DNA from: an uncultured Chloroflexia bacterium
Lineage (GTDB): Bacteria > Chloroflexota > UBA6077 > JACCZL01
Direction: 5' to 3'
Length of the DNA: 64,000 bases
Assembly (NCBI GenBank): GCA_963765765.1
Contig: CAVXYC010000019.1
Span: forward strand, 64,001-128,000
The notes under the pieces were generated by a model. The model ran no database searches and had not been told where the DNA came from. It saw nothing but the letters and a program-made list of their open reading frames with translations. The translations under genes and the position numbers were made by a program. Below, one piece after another: positions 58,934 to 64,000 of this stretch; positions within the stretch are counted from its first letter, which is position 1, and every line of letters starts with the position of its first letter.

Positions 58934-59383
58934 GAGCTAATCCATCGTTGCGGTCGATCCATGGGTAGTTCTCCTCATTACTGCCAGCCGTGGCGGCGGG
59001 TCATTGTTGCGTGTCGACTGATCTCTTATTTCTCACCGGGCACCGAAGCTGAGCATAAATGTGTCGGCGGTTCAGGTCAATGAAAACTGCACGCACTGAA
59101 CTCGCCAACGCCGTTCTGTCACGACATTGCTTGACAATCTTTGCGATACGCGCACTAATGCGTGAGGAAAGGAGGTGTGCGTGAACGCTGTCACGTCAGA
59201 GGCCGTTACTCACGGGCCGAGACGATGAGCGCGATCGCTGCGCGAGACGGCCCGTACGACTCTATCTGGCGAGTGAAGGAGCCCGGTTCACACTCTGTGA
59301 AGTAGATGCCCAGCGTCAATCGCAGGAGGCAGTCGGAGCAGTGTGCATGAGGCGGCTCACCGCTGAGCAAAAGGGGAGCAAGC

Positions 59384-60565
59384 ATGGCAAGGCTGCTCGA
59401 TATCTCGAAGGCTGCACTCATCTGTGTCACGGTGGCGTCCGCCGTGAGCTGCGCGCCCGCCGCGGCACCATCACCCACGTCGGCTCCACCGCCGCCGGCA
59501 AAACCTACCGAGGCCCCACCGGCTAAGGCCTTAGCGACCACAGCCGCACAGCCCACCGTTCCTCTTGCCCCAGTGGAGGCCAAGCCTACCGCGGCTACAG
59601 CGTCATCGAAGTTGGCTGAGTACTACCAGAAGGCGAAAGCCTCTGGTGAGCTCAAGATCGTCCACTACGGCCCTGGACCAGAGTACCAGCCGCTGGTCGA
59701 GGAGTTCCGCAAGACGTATCCGGACATCCAGATTGAACTGGTGAGTCTGCGTGGCACCGAGACATATCAGCGACTCCAGGCAGAGGCCGTGAGTGGCAAA
59801 CGAATAGCAAACGTTGTGAGCGGCGGACAGACCAGCCAGACCCAGATGGAGAAAGAGGGACTGTTCACCAAGTGGGAGGGGCCACCAAACGCGGAGAATC
59901 TCCCCCCGACGGTTCCTCCCTCGGACGTGCGCTACTCGATCACTTACAACGTCTTTGGCTACATCGTGAATACGAACGCGATTCCGTCTGACAAGATGCC
60001 AACGTCTCGCCAGGATCTGCTCGACCCCTTCTGGAAGGGCAAAGGCAAGATGGTGTTCGAGGATCCGCGCGCGGGGGGGCCCGGGATTGACTTCTTCACC
60101 GTGACTTACGATCAGCTTGGTAAAGACTATATGGAGCAGCTCAAGTCTCAGGAGCCAACCTTTGTTCGAGATCGAGACGCTGCGCCGGCCCAGGTGGCAC
60201 GCGGCGAATTCGATGCTTTTTTCCCCGTGGCCATCAACTCAGAGCTGTTCGAGCTGGAGAAGTCGGGGCCGGTGAAACTCGGTTGGTTCAAAGATGGTGG
60301 AACGACCGTGGGTATGAACGGAATCGGCGTGATCAAGGAAGCGCCCGGTCAGGACGCGGCAAAGCTGTGGGCGAGCTGGTGGTGCTCACCAGAAGGGCAG
60401 ACGGCTATCGCTCAGAAATCGCAGATCTATCCAATTCTTCCAGGTGCGCCTGCGCCTCCCGGCTGGCCAAAACTGGAAGAGGTCAATCCGCAGCGTCGGA
60501 CCGCCGATCAGACAGTGAAGTCAAATGAGTACAGCGCCATCTTCGATACGCTGTTCTTCAAGTAG
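59384..60565 (+). CDS. ABC substrate-binding lipoprotein (FbpA/AfuA-like fold)
   Basis: AVSC lipobox, Pro/Ala linker, YPDIQI, DLLDPFWKG, AP..DAAKLW..W..SPEGQ. Confidence 0.85.
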   Translation: MARLLDISKAALICVTVASAVSCAPAAAPSPTSAPPPPAKPTEAPPAKALATTAAQPTVPLAPVEAKPTAATASSKLAEYYQKAKASGELKIVHYGPGPEYQPLVEEFRKTYPDIQIELVSLRGTETYQRLQAEAVSGKRIANVVSGGQTSQTQMEKEGLFTKWEGPPNAENLPPTVPPSDVRYSITYNVFGYIVNTNAIPSDKMPTSRQDLLDPFWKGKGKMVFEDPRAGGPGIDFFTVTYDQLGKDYMEQLKSQEPTFVRDRDAAPAQVARGEFDAFFPVAINSELFELEKSGPVKLGWFKDGGTTVGMNGIGVIKEAPGQDAAKLWASWWCSPEGQTAIAQKSQIYPILPGAPAPPGWPKLEEVNPQRRTADQTVKSNEYSAIFDTLFFK

Positions 60566-60998
60566 CTGCCAAGCCCTTAGGCTATACGGTGCCCCGCTCG
60601 TCGGTTCAATCTGAATGGCGGGCTGGGCGCCTCCATGTGCGGACGAAGGCTCTCCCGGTCCCCATAGCTCGAGCCGCTGATGAACACGTCACTAAGCACT
60701 AAACCTGGCTGCCATGCGTAAGGTCACTCCGGCTCCCTATTCATGAACTGTTGCTGGGCCGTTGCGAACTGGATACTTGAGGACCAGAGGACTGTCCGCT
60801 CGTGAGATGAACACCATTGGATCAAGGTGCATCGGGCATGACGATGCAGGTTAACGGTTAGGCGCGCGGGCGAGATTGCTTTGACAGCGCGAAGTTGGGT
60901 GATAGAGTCAAGTCACACCAAGGCGTGCCCGCTCGGTGAGGGTGTTGCGTGGGAACATTGCTATGCCGGTAACTGTGGCAGGGTAAGGGAGTCCCGAG

Positions 60999-62072
60999 AT
61001 GTCGTCGCACGATGTGAACCTCAAATGCAGATCACTGCTGTGGAGCCCGGCAATTCTCCGTCCCCTCGCTGTGGCAGTGCTGAGCGTCACGTTGCTACTG
61101 ATGATTGGCGCTGGCGCCGCCGACCAGGCTCTGGGTCAAGGGTCTGATCTCGTCGTTCAGGAATACCCTACTCCCGCCGGGAGCCGACCCCATGACGCTG
61201 TTCCGGATCGCTTTGGCGCGGTCTGGTACGCGGGGCAGGGCAACGGAACTGTGGGTCGACTTGACCCGTCCACGGGTGAGGTCCAGGTCATTAACGTCGA
61301 TCCCAAGTCGGCGCCGCACGGGATCATCATCGGACCTGATGACGCGGCCTGGGTCACCGATGGTGGACTCAACGCTATCGTGCGCGTGGACCCGGAGACC
61401 TTCGAGGTGCGGGTCTATCCGCTTCCGGGAGCGGCAGCGAACCTCAATACACCAACATTCGATGGCCGCGGCGTGCTGTGGTTTACCGGTCAGAATGGCT
61501 TTATCGGCCGGCTAGATCCGACGGTAGGAATCGTTGAGCAATGGGGTGCGCCGCGTGGCCGAGGGCCGTATGGGATTGCAACAGCTCCCGACGGCGTAGT
61601 CTATTTCGCTTCGCTGGCCGGTAACTACATGGGCCGCATCGATGACGACGCGGGTACGGTGACAGTACTGGATCCGCCCACGCCTTCATCTGGCGTGCGG
61701 CGGGTCTGGCCCGACTCGTCGGGCAACCTCTGGATTGCACAGTACAACGTCGGACAAGTCGGTAGGTACGTGCCCTCATCAGGCCAATGGACCGAGTGGC
61801 GTCTTCCGGGGTCGAATCCGCGAGCATACGCCGTGTATGTGGATCAACTGGACAAGGTCTGGCTGACCGATACGAGCGCGGACACGATCGTTCGCTTTGA
61901 CCCCGATACAGAGACATTCACCACGGTGCCGATCTCGCGTCCATCCAACGTGGCCCAGCTAGGCGGCAAGCTAGGAGAGGTCTGGGGCGCTCAGCGCGCC
62001 CGCGACCACCTGGTCGTTGTGCGCTACGACCCCACAGCAGCTGCTGCTGGTATGTCGCATTCGCGAGAATAG
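60999..62072 (+). CDS. Vgb (virginiamycin B lyase)-like beta-propeller protein, probably secreted
   Basis: Repeats of PH.I..GPD..WVTD and GPYGIATAPDG.V; N-terminal hydrophobic signal. Confidence 0.82.
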   Translation: MSSHDVNLKCRSLLWSPAILRPLAVAVLSVTLLLMIGAGAADQALGQGSDLVVQEYPTPAGSRPHDAVPDRFGAVWYAGQGNGTVGRLDPSTGEVQVINVDPKSAPHGIIIGPDDAAWVTDGGLNAIVRVDPETFEVRVYPLPGAAANLNTPTFDGRGVLWFTGQNGFIGRLDPTVGIVEQWGAPRGRGPYGIATAPDGVVYFASLAGNYMGRIDDDAGTVTVLDPPTPSSGVRRVWPDSSGNLWIAQYNVGQVGRYVPSSGQWTEWRLPGSNPRAYAVYVDQLDKVWLTDTSADTIVRFDPDTETFTTVPISRPSNVAQLGGKLGEVWGAQRARDHLVVVRYDPTAAAAGMSHSRE

Positions 62073-62252
62073 GTCGAAGTTCCGATCCGCAGGCTAGTCG
62101 ATGTCGTCTAGCCTGATCGGCCGATACGCCGATACATTGACGGGCGCAAGTCTGATGGGCTCACAATCGCCCGCCTTCACCCTCGGCTCGGAGGATGAAA
62201 ACGGGCGATCTTGTAGAGAGTCGCTCGGAGCGGCTGGCTCCCGCGTGGGTGG

Positions 62253-62870
62253 CTAGCGCCCCGGCAGCATCTCGCACGGGGTCTGCCGTGGCCCGAGGCT
62301 TTCGTAGTAGCCGTTTGTCTCGGGGATGAATCGACCCTGGTTGAATCCGCCGCTTTTTTCGCTGCGGATGATGACGGCCACCGTTCGCTCGCCAATCCCG
62401 ATCTCGCGATGAATCTCGTAGGGCGGAACGAGATCGATCTCGCCAGGACCACACACCGTGCTACGGGTTTCGCGGATCTCGGCATAGTCCGGTCGCGATC
62501 CATCATCAAGGCGCTCGAAGCGCTCGATGGTCTGATGGCCGTCCATTAACCCGTACAGCGTGTAAATGTGGGCGTGGTGGTGAATGCGAGGGTTTCCGCC
62601 GACGCGATCAGCGCTGCTCACGAGGCCGTTGATGGCGAACTTGAAGTCCGGATCCTCATAGAAAAGCAGGTTCTCGGCGCGGCCATCTTTCGGCTCGCAA
62701 TCGGGCCAGTTGCGTGATGCTTCGATCACCTCAGGATCTTCCAGAAGCTCGGCCAGGATGGGTGAAAGCGCAGTCCAGCGCTTCTCCAGATCTGGCTCGG
62801 AGGCAAAGAGCTCTCTGGTTTTGTGGACGAATCGGTCCAACGCGTTCTCTGTGCGAACTTCTACAGCCAT
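62253..62870 (-). CDS. Cupin / cysteine-dioxygenase-like protein
   Basis: LLFYEDPD..F.IN.L, IHHH...TLYG, ERLDDGS, PYEIH.E. Confidence 0.7.
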   Translation of the reverse strand: MAVEVRTENALDRFVHKTRELFASEPDLEKRWTALSPILAELLEDPEVIEASRNWPDCEPKDGRAENLLFYEDPDFKFAINGLVSSADRVGGNPRIHHHAHIYTLYGLMDGHQTIERFERLDDGSRPDYAEIRETRSTVCGPGEIDLVPPYEIHREIGIGERTVAVIIRSEKSGGFNQGRFIPETNGYYESLGPRQTPCEMLPGR

Positions 62871-62879
62871 AGTTAGCTC

Positions 62880-64000
62880 CTAATTCGTTGCTCCCGCCGC
62901 GACCGGCGTCGGGACGTGATAGAACGCAGCACAATTATCCCATAGGATTTTGCGCTTATCGTCATCGGAGATCGGCAGCTCCATGAAGGCGTTCGTCGCG
63001 TTGGGGAAGCGGGAGTCACCGTGCGGGTAGTCGGTGGAGAACACGAGCTGATCCGCCCCGAACTCCTGGATCATGTATCGCGCGGGAGTTTCATCCGGCT
63101 CCACCGAGACGAAGCACTGGCGCTTGAAATACTCGCTGGGCATCATCGAGAGTGTCGGCATGAAGAGGTCACCTTCCAGCTCATAACTTTCGTCCATGCG
63201 CCAGACGAGCCAGGGTACCCACGAGCAATTCGCCTCGAGGAACGCCACCTTGAGCTTCGGATGCCGCTCCAGAACCCCGCCGCCAATGAACGCGCCCAGG
63301 GCCAGCATCTGGGTCATTGGCTGCGCATAGATTCGCTTGATGCCGAAATTGTCCGCGTATTGCTCGCCCACCTGGCGGGAGCGAGAGCCTGAAGCTTCGT
63401 GGAAGCCCAAGGGCAGGTCTAACTTTTCGAGCACGTCCCACAAGGGCTCGTAGTAGCGGGTCGTACCATTGCTTGTCGTTGACAACATTGGAGCGCAGGA
63501 ATACGGCTTTGAAGCCCAGGTCCTCAACGCAGCGGTGCACTTCCTCAACTGCGCTCGGGATGTCATACACGGAAACCATGCCAGCGCCAATCATCCGCTC
63601 GGAATCCGTCTGGCAGAGGTCGTACATCCAGTCGTTGTAGGCCCGAGCGATTGCCGCCGCGTAACGGGGCTCCTGGTTTGGATGAGTGAGGACGCTCAGT
63701 CCGCGACTGGGAAACAGGATCGCCACGTCCAAACCTTCGGCGTCCATCGCATCGAGCTGCACTTCGCCGGTCCAGCCACGACGCGCGTGGTCGGCATACA
63801 GCTTCTGGTTGCGCTCGTAATTGCGGCCGTGGTGGGGCGCTCCGCCGGTCATGGTGGGGCTGTCTTCCGGAAAGATGATGCCCAGATCGCGTACGCTTTC
63901 CGACGTTCTCCCAACCGGAGCGGCGGACTTGAACTCGTCGGCGATGTAGCGCTGCCAGAGATCCGGCGGCTCCATCACGTGCATATCGCTGTCCATGATC
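62880..64000 (-). CDS. Amidohydrolase family 2 protein; start beyond the window edge, frameshift near 63460
   Basis: DSDMHVMEPPDLW, MDAEGLD..FPS, RAYNDW, LGFHE, FLEAN.SW, FSTDYPH.D, ILWDN. Confidence 0.9.

Noticed and set aside
60640-60998. ncRNA or small gene in the gap before the Vgb-like gene
   Set aside because: No recognisable motif, RBS-supported ORF or strong structure.
60999-62072. Streptogramin resistance gene
   Set aside because: Vgb-like propellers are widespread; this one has a signal-like N-terminus and no mobile or resistance context.

Overview
GC-rich bacterial chromosomal window. A Chloroflexota-like origin is inferred only from gene style (Pro/Ala-rich lipoprotein solute-binding proteins, orphan Rieske oxygenases, GT-C membrane proteins). 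It holds about 45 housekeeping and metabolic genes: envelope glycosylation, DNA repair (GIY-YIG, nth, polX), split FTCD, a TRAP transporter, orphan ABC binding proteins, gltBD, aromatic catabolism enzymes and stress genes. I recognised no rRNA, tRNA, CRISPR array or intact transposase. Many genes beyond about 14.9 kb carry single-base frameshifts, most likely long-read consensus errors, and the middle of gltB-gltD looks like a spliced-in, error-rich segment from another genome. The most notable signal is a decayed four-helix-bundle (23S-IVS-protein-like) gene, absent from the ORF track, bracketed by inverted 7-nt tandem repeats that include a telomere-like (TTAGGGG)7. Cargo-free inverted heptamer arrays of the same architecture occur at other gene junctions. 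Other notable features are three sigma54-type -24/-12 promoters in front of stress-type genes (two divergent, with a repeated motif between them), a GIY-YIG nuclease fused to a catalytically degenerate DEDD domain, and several REP-like palindrome families.
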